From contig OZ024749.1 in NCBI GenBank assembly GCA_964016885.1, positions 51,336,001 through 51,400,000 on the forward strand: DNA of 64,000 bases, in the 5' to 3' direction. Under the pieces are notes generated by a model that was given only the letters and a program-made list of their open reading frames with translations, was not told where the DNA came from and made no database searches. The first letter of the stretch is position 1. Each line of letters starts with the position of its first letter. This DNA is from Eledone cirrhosa. Its lineage: Eukaryota. A program made the position numbers and the translations under genes. Shown here one piece after another: positions 38,749-53,108 of this stretch.

Positions 38749-39597
38749 TGTATATTTATTTATATATATATATATTGTCTCATTGGTGTAAGAAATAATA
38801 TATATCAAATGTAAAAGAGTGCGTTGGCTTTAGAAATGAATCATTTGAAATGACTGCGCCATATTACAGTGAGACACTTGTGTAACTAATTTTAAAAGCT
38901 AAAGATGTCATATCAAACTACCATATTCTTTACATGGGAGGAGAATGTTTTGTTTGTTTTATGTCTGTGTGGGTATTTTTGTTGGGTTTTTTTTTTTTAA
39001 GGGATGGTATATAAAGGGGACAAAAATCTGTATTGTTATTGTTACAGCCGTAAATATTGTTAGGTATATATATCAGTTATCATCATATCGAGATGCTTAG
39101 AGAAAAAAAAAATAAGGGGAAAAAAATAGAAATAATACAAAGAAAAAAAACTGAAAGTTATTTGTCACAAAGCTGTTAAATGTGTAGACTATTATGAAAA
39201 GAATTCCAGAATTGTTATTCCTTTTGTTATATGTAATAAAAGAAGATTGATAAAGAAAAAAATAATGAAATATAAGAAAAATAATATCTAGGATGGATAA
39301 GCAAATCATTTTTAAGCATTTCAAAAGTGTTTCTTCACCCATCAGCTGTTTACACTCCATTAACTTTTGTTTCCCTTTCCCTTTCTCATATGAAATCAAA
39401 TCAGTTGGAACCCCCATTGTAGCACATTAAAAATAACAACAACAACTATTATTATTATTATTATTATTATTTCATTTATCGTGCTTTATGTTCATACGAG
39501 TTATCTCCAAGTCACAACCAGTGACCTTGGGTAATTGCTGGCCTTGTGCCAAAAGTAGAAACAATTATTATTATTATTATTATTTAATAAGTATTTA

Positions 39598-39853
39598 AAG
39601 TGGGAGTTTAAAAGGATTTGCGACTGTCATGAGACCAAGGGCGTCCCGGTTGTCATAGGAGTACTAAGAGTTTTCAAGGATGGTTAAAGATTGTTAGTCC
39701 AGCCCCCCTTTTTTTGGAACACTTCAAAAGGCAGGCTTGCTGGGAACAGCAAGAACCCTCCAATACATCCTCAATATCTGAGGCTGCAGGTAGCGACTTG
39801 ATATTCATTTCAACAAACTTTCCTGTTAAATAATATCAATGACTGAGACTCCA
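39598..39853 (+). mobile_element. Restriction-like-endonuclease non-LTR element 3' fragment (R4/Dong-like)
   Basis: KWEFKRICDCHETKGVPVVIGVL ... TLQKAGLLGTARTLQYILNI*, then a short UTR ending directly in (TAA)n. Confidence 0.65.
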
Positions 39854-39875
39854 ATAATAATAATAATAATAATAA

Positions 39876-40060
39876 TTGTTTCTACCTTTGGCACAAGGCC
39901 AGCAATTATCCCAGTGTATTACTGGTACTTTATTTTATTGACCCCCATAAGGATGAAAGGTAAGTTAACCTCGGTAGGATTTGAACTCAGTCCGTAAAGG
40001 GACGTAACTCTATTCTGGAAAGCATGGCGTCTGACACTTTACCGATACTGCCAATCCACC
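39876..40060 (-). mobile_element. SINE family A within (AAT)n
   Basis: Similarity to 32217, with AAT repeats on both sides. Confidence 0.8.
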
Positions 40061-40067
40061 AAAGATC

Positions 40068-40106
<39 letters not shown>

Positions 40107-40904
40107 TTATTACATATGTAATTACATTATTTCAGATTTGTAAATATTGAGATGTTGTGTCATAGATGTATTTCTTGAAAACTATTAACAATTGAGAATC
40201 AGAGTAATGTCATAGACTGAGATTGTTGCAGTATTTCTAACTAGGCCTCAAGGAATAACTAACTACAGTCTAGAAAGAATTTATTCAGTTGACAATTGTA
40301 CAAAGAAGAGGGAGTTAATGAAATCTTTCATAACATATTTCATGCTTGAGAGAATTTGTAGAGCTATTTGTTGTATGTGACTGTTAATTCTGACTCAGTG
40401 ATCCGTTAAATATTAACTTAGACCACCAATATATGTCCACAAATATATAAGTACACACTCATATAATATATGCATATTTGTGCATTTATATCAAGCTGTC
40501 TGGGGATTTTTCAGAGTTTTAGTTGTTTAGCAATTGAGTTGATCTGAGACTTTGTTGAAACTATAACAATTACATCATGGAAGAGTCAGTTTAGCCACAG
40601 TTGTACTTATCTGGCAAGTGACTAAATTTGAGACTGTGTTGAAACTAAAGTAAGAGTCATTTAAAAACACACAGAAACAGTTAACTTTACTTTATACATA
40701 TCATTTATTTCCTAGTGTGTGATTTTAAATGGCTAAAATAATTGATACTTCCATACAAATAATTGTCTGTTTTTAGTTGGTGAAAAATATGTTTTGTTGG
40801 TCAAATCAGAGACAACTTAATAATGGCATCACTGGATGTTGATTTCAAACTATTAGCTGGTACAAACTAGAATTTATATATTGCTCTTGGTCTCTCATAT
40901 ACAT

Positions 40905-40993
<89 letters not shown>

Positions 40994-41136
40994 CAACTAC
41001 ATTGTGTTGAAGTTCATCATAATATAATATTCCAGCTCTGTAGTTCATATTTCCATTATTTTTCAATCAACAATACAAGTCCTTCTGACAATTAAATATA
41101 AACAAAAATGATAGCAAAATATAAATTGTAACTTAC

Positions 41137-41271
41137 TCGATTTCCCTTTGGCCCTGTTGCTCCTTTGTCACCATCCTCACCAACTTTACCTTGTATCCCA
41201 ACTGGGCCATCGTTACCAGGGAATCCTGGGAGACCAGGTGACCCTTGCAAACCTTGAAGACCAACATTACC
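41137..41271 (-). CDS. COL4A1: Type IV collagen exon (135 bp), 15 Gly-X-Y triplets GNVGLQGLQGSPGLPGFPGNDGPVGIQGKVGEDGDKGATGPKGNR
   Basis: Minus strand: tcttttcag|GGTAATGTT...GGAAATCGA|gtaagt. Uninterrupted Gly-X-Y, length a multiple of 9, phase 0. Confidence 0.95.
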
Positions 41272-41847
41272 CTGAAAAGAAAATCAAAATAAATAGCTTA
41301 TTAAAATGTTATACTTGGCAAGCATTAATATGATATATGTGTATATTTGTTTTGACTAGCTACCTGCCAAAGCTGTGAGTATTAGCAGTGGATTTCTTGT
41401 TAAAATACTTTCAGTAATAAAGAACTTATCTATATGAAGATTGGTAAAGTTCTTGACTTGCAGTCAAAATATTTTACACTACAATTTCATCATCATCATC
41501 TTTTTAACATTAGCTTTCCCTGCTAGCAAGGGTCTAGGAATTAAATGATATATATAAAGTAATGATGAGTCTCTATAGACCAAATCAGTACTAAACCAGG
41601 ACTACTGACCTCCCGCTTATGTATGGTCTCATGTTCTACAGAGTGTACAAAAGAGGTTGATATGTTTTTGAGCAAGACACTTTATTTCACATTGCTCCTT
41701 CTGCCAGGAGTTGCAACAGCTAGATAGTATCAGCAATAGAAAGACCAATGGAAACATTGTTTATTGGGTTTGATTTGACAAGTTCCACCTCACTTGGTAA
41801 GTGAATGAGGTCTGGGATCTTGTCAATTAAACTAGAGTAGTAGTAAG

Positions 41848-42050
41848 AGTGAGACCAGCCAAGCTCATGAATGTTATCCAACCATCTTGCTTGGGGTCGA
41901 CCCCTGGGTTTGCTGCCCATAAAATCTGTCCAGCAATTCTTTCCTGAGACATTCTAACCACATGCCCATAGTATCAGAGCTGTGATCTCTCAATTCGGAG
42001 AAGTAGTGGCTCTACCTGGAGCAACTCTCTGATCTCCAAGCTATGCACTA
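41848..42050 (-). mobile_element. RTE LINE 3' fragment, same family as 28125
   Basis: ORF track peptide KPRGRPQARWLDNIHELGWSH. Confidence 0.75.
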
Positions 42051-42075
42051 GTAAGAGTGCAAAAACATTGCTAAA

Positions 42076-42150
<75 letters not shown>

Positions 42151-42635
42151 TCAGCTAGGAATCTGTAGACACCCAATAAATAAAAATTGCAGTCATGCAT
42201 AACATATATTGACAATTTTACTGGAGTTAGGTGAAACAAAGAAACCAAAGATTTCATTGTCATCCGAGTAAAGAAGGTGGTAATGCTGATTTTACAGCTT
42301 TTCACCAACAACACTGATCATTGTTATTAATCTCCAGCTCACATTATACCAATAATATTTGGTGGGGGGGGGGGGGCAGTTATTTATTTATTTATTTATT
42401 TGGTTGCTTATTTGTTTCTTTGATTATTTATTTATTCAAAGGGAATTGTGACCTCTTTCTCATATAACCATAAAATTCTTTCCATTAAGACAGACAGGTA
42501 AGCAGTCATGGGCATGATTATCTGATAACTAGAACTATATATTCTACCTTCTTTATACCTCCTTCAAAGAATATAATTCATTTAAATATACATACGCACA
42601 CATACATATATATATAAATATATATATATAGGTAA

Positions 42636-42807
42636 GTTATTCCGGGTTGAATCGGAGGTAACCACAGTAAGTAAGGTACTCAATACATAGCAGAGTATAA
42701 AAGTTTTAATATAGATGAGATTCTACAGGACTAGAACTGTTTCATTCTTTAGAAATCATCATTCATTCTAAAGAATGAAACAGTTCTAGTCCTGTAGAAT
42801 CTCATCT
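42636..42807. mobile_element. Second copy of the 29516 family, folded back at a different point
   Basis: gttattccgggttgaatcggaggtaacc... nearly identical to 29520 onward. Arms about 42713-42754 and 42766-42807. Confidence 0.65.
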
Positions 42808-43084
42808 CTCTCTCTCTCTCTCTACATATATATATATATATATATATATAAATTATAAGAACAGATTAAAGTTTAAACAAAAAATCGCTGCTTTCACCCT
42901 CTTTGGATTTTAGTCTTCACATTTATCATTATATATATATATATATAGACTCCTTCCTGGCATATCTGGGAGGTCAGTACTGACTAGGTCTATGGTAGAT
43001 CCAAGTCCAACCCTTGCTAGCAAGGAAAGCCGATGTTAAATAATGATTATTATTACACACACACATATATATATATATGTAATT

Positions 43085-43573
43085 GTAAGTCCTTAAATTT
43101 GTTGGGGAGAGGCTCATCAATTATATTGACCCCAGTACTTAACTGGCATTTTATCTTATCGAACCCGGAAGGAGAAAAAAATAGGCAAAGTTGACCTCAA
43201 CAAGATTTGAACTCAGAAGCTAAACAACTGAAGCAAATGCCACAAAGCATGTTATCCACTATGCTACCTATACTGCCAACCAACCACCTTTATAATAATA
43301 ATAATAATAACAACAACAACAATAGTGACAACAATTATAATAATGATATTAATAATGACTTCTTTATTACACAAATAATAATAATAATAATAATAATTGT
43401 TTCTATTTTGGGCACAAGGCCAGCAATTACCCAGTACATTACTGGTACTTTATTTTATCGACCCCGTAAGGATGAAAGGCAAAGTCAACCTCGGCGGGAT
43501 TTGAACTCAGATCATAAAGGGACGTAACTCTATGCTTCAAAGCATGGTGTCCGACTCCCTACCGATACTGCCA
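43085..43573 (-). mobile_element. Two SINE family A copies (old about 43085-43288, young about 43397-43573)
   Basis: Similarity to 32217. Confidence 0.75.
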
Positions 43574-45517
43574 TAATAATAAAACTAATCCTTTCTAGAA
43601 TATTATTTGAAATACATCCGGATAAATTTCTTGTGACATATGCATATATATATATATATATACACACATACATGTATATATGTATACAAATACATATATA
43701 TACATATATATATATACATGAGTCTAACCCATGCTAGCGTGGAAGAACGGACGTAAAACGGTGATGATGATATATATATATATAACCCATGCTAGTGTGG
43801 AAAATGGATGTTAAACGAAGATGAGGATGATGATGATGATGATGACATATACATATATATATATGTATGCATATATATATATGTATACATATACATATAT
43901 ATATCTATACATATATATATACACATATACACATACATATACACATATATATACATATATATATACATATATATACACACACACACACATCTCTTTCTCT
44001 TAATCTAATTAATACTTTAGGAAATATTTTGTATCTTTTAAAGCTAAATTGTTTGAACAGTAACAATCAACTGTACATCCGCTCTTCAATGAGAACACTC
44101 TTAGAGAAGATGACTAATTAGTAGAGGAAACAGAGTCTCTTTCCCTCCCTATCACCTCTTTCTCTCTCTCGGTGGTAAAACTGTAAATTGAAAACTGATA
44201 TTTTCTTCAACTTCGTTAATATATAGAAAATATAGCCACTCTATGCAATTTAGCTTAGAACAAAATCCCTGATATATGAACGGGCTTTGATGCAAAATCT
44301 AATTGAAAATTAGCTGTATATTTTTATATATATATTCTTACATAAGTGTGTGGATATATGTGTATATGTGTTGTGTGTGTGTGTGTGTGTAAAAATGCAT
44401 GTATATATTTGCATTTATATGATATAGTTATTACATATATATGTGTATTTGTATGTGTGTATACATATATATACCTATGTATACCAATATATATATGTGA
44501 GTGTGTGTCAGTCTGTCTGTGTATATATATATATATATATACATGTGTGTGTGTTTGTGTGTATATATGGTCACCTATTGACAATATGTCAATACAAATG
44601 ATATTCTGTCAATAACTGTAAAACTCTGCTCCTCAATAAATACTGTGCCCGGGGGGTCATTTGATAACACAGAAATATGTGATTTTGTTGGCCTATATAT
44701 CCTAACTACACTCAAAACGAAATTTACTGCAATAGATATATATCTATAAAAGTAAATATAATGGCTATGTATATTACAGTACACCAATAAACATACACTA
44801 GATGCACTTAGAAAATATTTTAATAGCAACTTCAATAATTCTGATCGCAAAAAGTATCTACGACTACTATCCTAAGTACTGTAAATTTCTGAGGCATTGA
44901 CCTCGCCTTAATCACGGTTAAATATAAACTATATAGCAATCTTAATTAAAAAAATATAAAAAATAAAAACATACATCTATTAATATAGATTCCTTCCATC
45001 CACTTAATTAAGAATAATTAATTAATAATTAACCTGTTATGAATTAAAGAAATATTTGAAAATGCATCTATCTACAACAACAAAACACCAGAAGCTCCCA
45101 ATTTTAAAGATAAGATCATATATACTCTTAACCCTTTACTATCCAGTAATGAGAAGACATACTTCAACATTAACTGGTTCAAACCTCCCTTTTTCTTGAA
45201 TGTTAAGCCTATATATATATATTTGATATATATTTATCCTTATCGAGCCCTCTTTAGATTTTAGTCTTCACATTTATTATTATTACTATATATATAAACA
45301 CACACACACACACATATATATGCTAGCAGGAAAGATTGACGTTAAACGATGATGATGATGATGATGACGATGATGATATGTATATATCATCATCATCATC
45401 ATCATCATGGTTTAATGTGCATTTTCCATGCTTGCATGGGTTAGATGGGTCATTCATGTCCTGAGACAAGTCTAGCCAGATTAGCTGTGCCATAGCTTGC
45501 CCTTCCTAACACCAACC

Positions 45518-45554
<37 letters not shown>

Positions 45555-46028
45555 CATATATACATGCTAAAGACAAGGCTAATAGTCTGGGAAATTATCT
45601 TATTAGCAGACTTCTTATGTTAATTAATTTACTAATTAATCAAATTTTATAAGCTTGTTGTTATATTTAGTGACTATAATGAACTATCGTTTGAAACATA
45701 ATTGAATAACGTCTTACATTAAACAATGGTATGATAGCTGTAAGTTGGTAACATAACTGATATACATTTCACTATATAATAACTGATATACATTTCAGTA
45801 TATAATAACTGATATACATTTCCTCAAATTTCATGAGATTTTATTCATTTATTTTGTGTATGGCATCACATCTTAGAAAGTCTATTTAAAGTCTATTTAA
45901 AAAATACAGTCAATCTTACATTCTTTTGATAATAAAACTAAGGCATAAAAATGTCACTGTCAGAGTCTGATAAACAAAAGAGTGTAAATGGAGAGGGGAA
46001 ATAGACTATCATCCCACCACACACACAC

Positions 46029-46059
<31 letters not shown>

Positions 46060-46268
46060 TCTAGTATAACCAATACAGAAACCACCTGTAGAGATTAGAC
46101 AACACACAATAAGTTAAACCAATTAATAGACAGGATAGAGTTCAAGACCTCAGAGATAATAGATATCAAGATGCTGACAGAATAGGTTCAATTTTTAGTA
46201 ATTATAGATAAATAGTGTAGAAAGGTGTTTCCCCTCCCTCACTGGTTGATGGTTGACATTGTAACACC

Positions 46269-48418
46269 TTACATACATACATTACATACATAACATTACA
46301 TACATTACATTACATACATACATTACATACATACATTACATACATACATTACATACATACATTACATACATACATTACATACATTACATTACATACATAC
46401 ATTACATACATACATTACATACATACATTACATACATACATTACATACATACATTACATACATACATTACATTACATACATTACATTACATACATACATA
46501 CATTACATACATTACATACATACATTACATTACATACATTACATTACATACATACATTACATACATACATTACATTACATACATACATTACATACATTAC
46601 ATTACATACATACATTACATACATACATTACATACATACATTACATACATACATTACATACATACATTACATACATACATTACATTACATACATACATTA
46701 CATACATTACATTACATACATTACATACATACATTACATTACATACATACATTACATACATTACATTACATACATACATTACATACATACATTACATTAC
46801 ATACATACATTACATACATACATTACATACATTACATTACATACATACATTACATTACATACATACATTACATACATTACATTACATACATACATTACAT
46901 ACATTACATTACATACATACATTACATTACATACATACATTACATACATTACATTACATACATACATTACATACATTACATTACATACATACATTACATT
47001 ACATACATACATTACATACATTACATTACATACATACATTACATACATACATTACATACATACATTACATACATACATTACATACATTACATTACATACA
47101 TTACATTACATACATACATAACATTACATACATGCATTACATACATACATTACATACATACATTACATACATACATTACATACATACATAACATTACATA
47201 CATACATTACATACATACATTACATACAAACATTGCATACATACATTACATTACATACATACATTACATACATTACATTACATACATACATTACATACAT
47301 ACATTACATTACATACATTACATTACATACATACATAACATTACATACATACATACATACATACATTACATACATACATTACATACATACATTACATTAC
47401 ATACATACATAACATTACATACATACATTACATACATACATTACATACAAACATTACATACATACATTACATACATTACATTACATACATACATTACATA
47501 CAAACATTACATACATACATTACATACATACATACATTACATACATACATACATTACAAACATTTCATACATACATTACATACATACATTACATTACATA
47601 CATACATTACATTACATACATTACATTACATACATACATTACATACATGCATTACATACATACATTACATACATACATTACATACATACATTACATACAT
47701 TACATTACATACATTACATTACATACATACATTACATACATACATTACATTACATACATTACATTACATACATTACATTACATACATACATTACATACAT
47801 ACATTACATACATACATTACATACATACATTACATACATTACATTACATACAAACATTACATACATTACATTACATACATACATTACATACATACATAAC
47901 ATTACATACATACATTACATACATACATTACATACATACATACATAACATACATACATTACATACATACATACATACATTACATACATTACATTACATAC
48001 AAACATTACATACATTACATTACATACATTACATTACATACAAACATTACATACAAACATTACATACATACATTACATACATACAAACATTTCATACATA
48101 CATTACATACATACATTACATACATACATTACATACATACATTACATTACATACATTACATTACATACATGCATTACATACATACATTACATACATACAT
48201 ACATTACAAACATTTCATACATACATTACATACATACATTACATACATACATTACATTACATACATACATTACATACATGCATTACATACATACATTACA
48301 TACAAACATTACATACATACATTACATACAAACATTACATACATACATTACATACATACATTACATACATACATACATAACATACATACATTACATACAT
48401 ACATACATAACATACATA
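46269..48418. repeat. 2.1-kb compound (TACA)/(CATTA) satellite
   Basis: Directly visible. Almost no G on the + strand. Confidence 0.95.
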
Positions 48419-49772
48419 TTCATTTTATATTTGGCTAAATCATGAGTCTTGTTATATATATTATATATGCATGCGTACATACATTTATATACATTACAGT
48501 GCCATGTATATATATAGATATAAGTACATATTTATGTATGAATATATATATATATATATATATGTATATATGTGTGTGTGTGTGTAGGAATTTCTTTGGT
48601 ATATTTATCACTAAACTAACATTTATATCAATATTAATATACTAGTAACTTATATTAAGTAATAAACTAACGACTATATTACATTGCGGTTATCACGTCA
48701 TTATAATCGCCATCACAGTTACTGTCAATATATATTATTACGTAACTAAAGTGGAAACTAGATTCTTTTATTTGGGGACAATGAAAAAATTATAGAAGGG
48801 TGCAACCATTGTTTTCTCCCCTGCTCCTCTCCCCCACTCCACCCTGTGGTCAACAATAAACTTGTTAAAAAGGAGGAATCAGTAATTGCAGGTCCTTATA
48901 ATATAAGAATGGAATATGTAACATAAGAAGTAGGCGGGGGTCCTTGAAGAATGAGAAATTAATTGAAGAACATTGGATTTTAGATTTTAGTTAGTTTTTG
49001 TTTTATGTTGGGGGGGGGGTGCTTTTCGTTGTTGCTTTCTTATATTTTTTGTATTTTATTACATTTTTTTTTTTTGCCTATAGTGTGTCATGAATCAACC
49101 TATTTTAAGAATCTGTAATGCCATAACTGGCTTACTAAATCTATTGGCATGGTTTATCTAACATTTTAGACTGCAGCCATTTTAGATTGAGTCAGCCTTT
49201 ATTTAGATTAGCTCCCCTGTTTATGTTCTTATATATTGATAAAGTAAAACATGTCATCAAGCTATAGAAGCCAGTGAGGCTAGTGTTCCTTGCCAACAGT
49301 GTTAGGTTTGAATATCCTACATTTGATGATCAGAGAAGCAGTTTGCCTGCAGGTTCAACATAGTAGGAAACATAACCAGCAAGAGCCAAGTGATGAGAGT
49401 GAATTTTCGATGAAACTCGTGGCAGATCACCATGAAGAACTTTGTTGGTCATGTGGCATTGCCACGAAATGTCAAACACCACATGTAACATCTTGGTGTA
49501 GGAACCATCAAAGTCTCCTTGAACAACAACACTGAGAATCCAGGATGTTGAACCATACAGTAAGATGGTTTCACTATAGAAACGGTGGAAAGCTCTCAAC
49601 CCAAGATCTACGAAGTACAAAGTCTTCAAAGCTATTGTTGAAACCATCTGAATTTCACAGGAGAGCTAACAAAGGACCCTAACAAGTGATAGGACACAGT
49701 ACTGGAGAAAAACCTGTTCAACGTATGCAAGTATAGAGCTAGAGAAACAAATGTAAAATGATGATGATAATA

Positions 49773-49962
49773 ATTGTTTCTACATTTGGCACAAGGCCAG
49801 CAATTACCCAGTGCATTACTGGTACTTTATTTTATCGACCCTGTAAGAATGAAAGGCAAAGTTAACCTCGGCTGGATTTGAACTCAGAATGGCAAGGGCC
49901 GTAACTCTATGCGTCAAAGCATGGCGTCCGACCCTCTACCGATACTGCCAATCCACCACCCT
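49773..49962 (-). mobile_element. SINE family A
   Basis: Similarity to 32217. Further copies at about 15790-15948, 27326-27440, 32640-32795, 51708-51908, 55227-55490 and 63608-63750. Confidence 0.8.
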
Positions 49963-50060
49963 TGATGATGATAATAATGATGATGGTAATGATGATAATG
50001 ATGAGGATGAGGATGATGAGGCTGATGATGATAAAGATTATGATGATGATGATACATGTC

Positions 50061-50100
<40 letters not shown>

Positions 50101-50319
50101 AACACAGTTGCCTGCTATTTTGTTATATTTTTTATGTGCCTACAGCTAAAATGTTCATCATAGTAGCTTTTGCTGTAATGTTTCAACAGGTAGAAGCGTC
50201 TGTGTAACTGATATGAGTAAGGATGTTATAGTTTGACTGGAGGAAGTAGAATGTTGAAGATGTCAAAAAATTGTAGCTCCTTTACTCCTTTACTCATCCC
50301 ACATACAGACAGAAATAGA

Positions 50320-51495
50320 GATATATACATACACACATGTACACAGATATATACACACATGTACACAGATATATACAGACATACACAGATATATACAGAC
50401 ATACACAGATATATACATACACAGATGTGCACAGATGTACACAGATGTACACAGATATATACAGACATACACAGATATATACAGACATACACAGATATAT
50501 ACATACACAGATGTGCACAGACATATACAGACATACACAGATATATACAGACATACACAGATATATACAGACATACACAGATATATACAGACATACACAG
50601 ATATATACAGACATACACAGATATATACAGACATACACAGATATATACATACACAGATGTGCACAGATGTACACAGATATATACAGACATACACAGATAT
50701 ATACAGACATACACAGATATATACAGACATACACAGATATATACAGATATATACAGACATACACAGATATATACAGACACAGATGTGCACAGATGTACAC
50801 AGATATACACAGATATATACAGGCATATACAGACCTACATATACACAGACAGAAATAGAGATACATATACATACACACATGTACACAGACATATACAGAC
50901 CTACACATACACACATGTACACAGACATATACATACATATGCAGACCTATACATACACACATGTACACAGACATGTACACAGACCGAAACAGACACAGAC
51001 GTACACGGATATACACAGACGTCTAGAGACATATACAGACCTACACATACACACACATATAACACATATACACACATACACATAGTAGGCCACAGTCAGT
51101 GATATATATAGATACACACAATAGATATATACACATACAATACAAGCACACATACAACACAGACACATACAACAGACATACACACAGAGTAGAGACACTG
51201 ATATATATAGAGAGATACTCCACACACACACACACATTCCAGATACATAAACACATACACAGAGACAGACATATAATAGAGCCACATACAACACAGATAC
51301 ACCATAAACATTCCAGATACATAAACACACACACATAAGTATACACGCACTCAGAGGCGGAGGCAGAGACACACAAAAAAAACACAGATGTACACATAAA
51401 CACCCACACAGACAGACACGCAAAACAGACACTCATACATACACAAGCACACACACACACAAAAACACAAACACGTATACATACACACACACATA
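50320..51495. repeat. 20-bp minisatellite ACACAGATATATACAGACAT decaying into CA-rich sequence
   Basis: Directly visible. Confidence 0.9.
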
Positions 51496-52028
51496 TATAA
51501 ATACTGATTGCAACTGAAAGGAAGTTATTTGATATTGCATGCTGAATATTATTCTAGTAAGATGTAGAAAAGAGGGAAATGACAGCATTCCTCTCTCTCA
51601 GGTTAAACAGAAATTAGATGTTAAATTCCAGAAGAAAAACAGACAATTGCTCTCTTTTGTAATCCTAAATTTTGACAGAAGAATTTAATGTCTATTTATT
51701 TCTCTGAGGGCAGTTGATTGAAACTGGTAGAATGTCGAGCACCATGCTTTGCAGCATAGAATTATGTCCCTTTAGGTTCTGAGTTCAAATATCACCAAAG
51801 TTAGCTATGCCTTTTATAATTTTAGGGGTGGGTTAATCAAATAAAGTACCAGTTACGGACTAGGGTCAGTTTAATTGTTGGCCTTGTGCCTAAATCAGAA
51901 ACCATTATGGGGCAGTGGATCAGCAGTATTGATAGCACATCAGGCACCATGCTTTGTGGCATGGAATTTAGACCCAACTGATAAGTGATTATACTTATAT
52001 TTACATGTGTTTTGATATATATATATAT

Positions 52029-52070
<42 letters not shown>

Positions 52071-52075
<5 letters not shown>

Positions 52076-52392
52076 TTAGTGGTTAGAGCATTGGCCTTGC
52101 AATCGAAAGGTTGTGAGTTCAATTCTCAGACCGGGTGATGTGTTGTTTCCTTGAGCAAGACACTTTATTTCACATTGCTCCAGTTTACTCAGCTGTAGAA
52201 ATGAGATGATAGGGACTGGGGTCCATATCATTCCACTGCAAAGTGGTCGTGCAGGTGACACGGCAAAAAAGCACCCAGCACTCACTGTAAATGAGGTTGG
52301 TGTTAGGAAGGGCATCCAGCTGTAGAAATCAAGCCAGAATCAGTTCCCGTCCCACCCTTGCAAGTAGGGAAAAAGCGGACGTAAAATGAAAT
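52071..52392 (+). mobile_element. Composite SINE family B: tRNA head + CORE-like domain + 3' module with RTE-like tail
   Basis: tggcttagtggttagagc (A box), gagttcaattctc (B box), tccttgagcaagacactttatttcacattgc (CORE-like), then ggttggtgttaggaagggcatccagctgtagaaa...ggacgtaaaatg. Confidence 0.8.
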
Positions 52393-52871
52393 GAATGAAT
52401 ATATATATATATAAGTTTGTGCCATAAAATGCTCCCAGTACACTCTGTAAAGTGATTGGCACTACGAAGGACATGTATCCATAGAAACTGTAGCAGAAAA
52501 GGCACATATGAGCAAGACAAGATTCTCTGTCCTAAGTAACCTCAGATAGAGACAACCTGTACAACACATGCTAGCATGAAAAAAATCATATATATACAAT
52601 GATGATGATGTCACACATACATATACATAAACACTCATAGAGAGAGAAAAAGTTAAGTATTTTTTAATTTAAATACATAAAACCAACAAACATTAACTGA
52701 ATAAAAGATTTAATAGATGTCTAGAATTAAATATTTATTAGAATTGTTGACAGAGACTTGGAAGCCTTACAAGTAGTTGTTTATTGGAACCGTTTGTATA
52801 AGCCACCACCTGCAAAATTTCCATCAACAAGTTACAATCATCATTTTACATCCATTTTTCCATACTTACAC

Positions 52872-52915
<44 letters not shown>

Positions 52916-52917
52916 AT

Positions 52918-53108
52918 AATAATAAATGCGAAGACTAAAATCTAAAGAGGGCTCGATAAGGATAAATATATATATCTGATATATAAGAACCCTAGAGCAA
53001 ATATTTATTAAAATAACAGATTAAAGTTTAAGCAAAGAATCGCTGCTTTCACCCTTAACAGGATCTTCAGAAGAATCTTAAACTTTAATCTGTTATTTTA
53101 ATAAATAT
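52918..53108. mobile_element. (TA)n-associated hairpin repeat family (fragments also near 14550-14750, 27228-27310, 32460-32580, 42853-42930, 45222-45285)
   Basis: Shared blocks aataaatgtgaagactaaaatc..agagggctcgataag and ataacagattaaagtttaagcaaagaat. Inverted arms at 53001-53032 and 53077-53108. Confidence 0.6.

Noticed and set aside
47647-51490. Long His/Tyr/Thr- and Cys/Val-rich ORFs (up to 289 aa)
   Set aside because: Translations of satellites that lack stop codons in some frames. No splice or domain evidence.
52071-52135. tRNA genes
   Set aside because: A/B-box tRNA-like sequences are SINE heads continuing into SINE bodies, with no complete cloverleaf.
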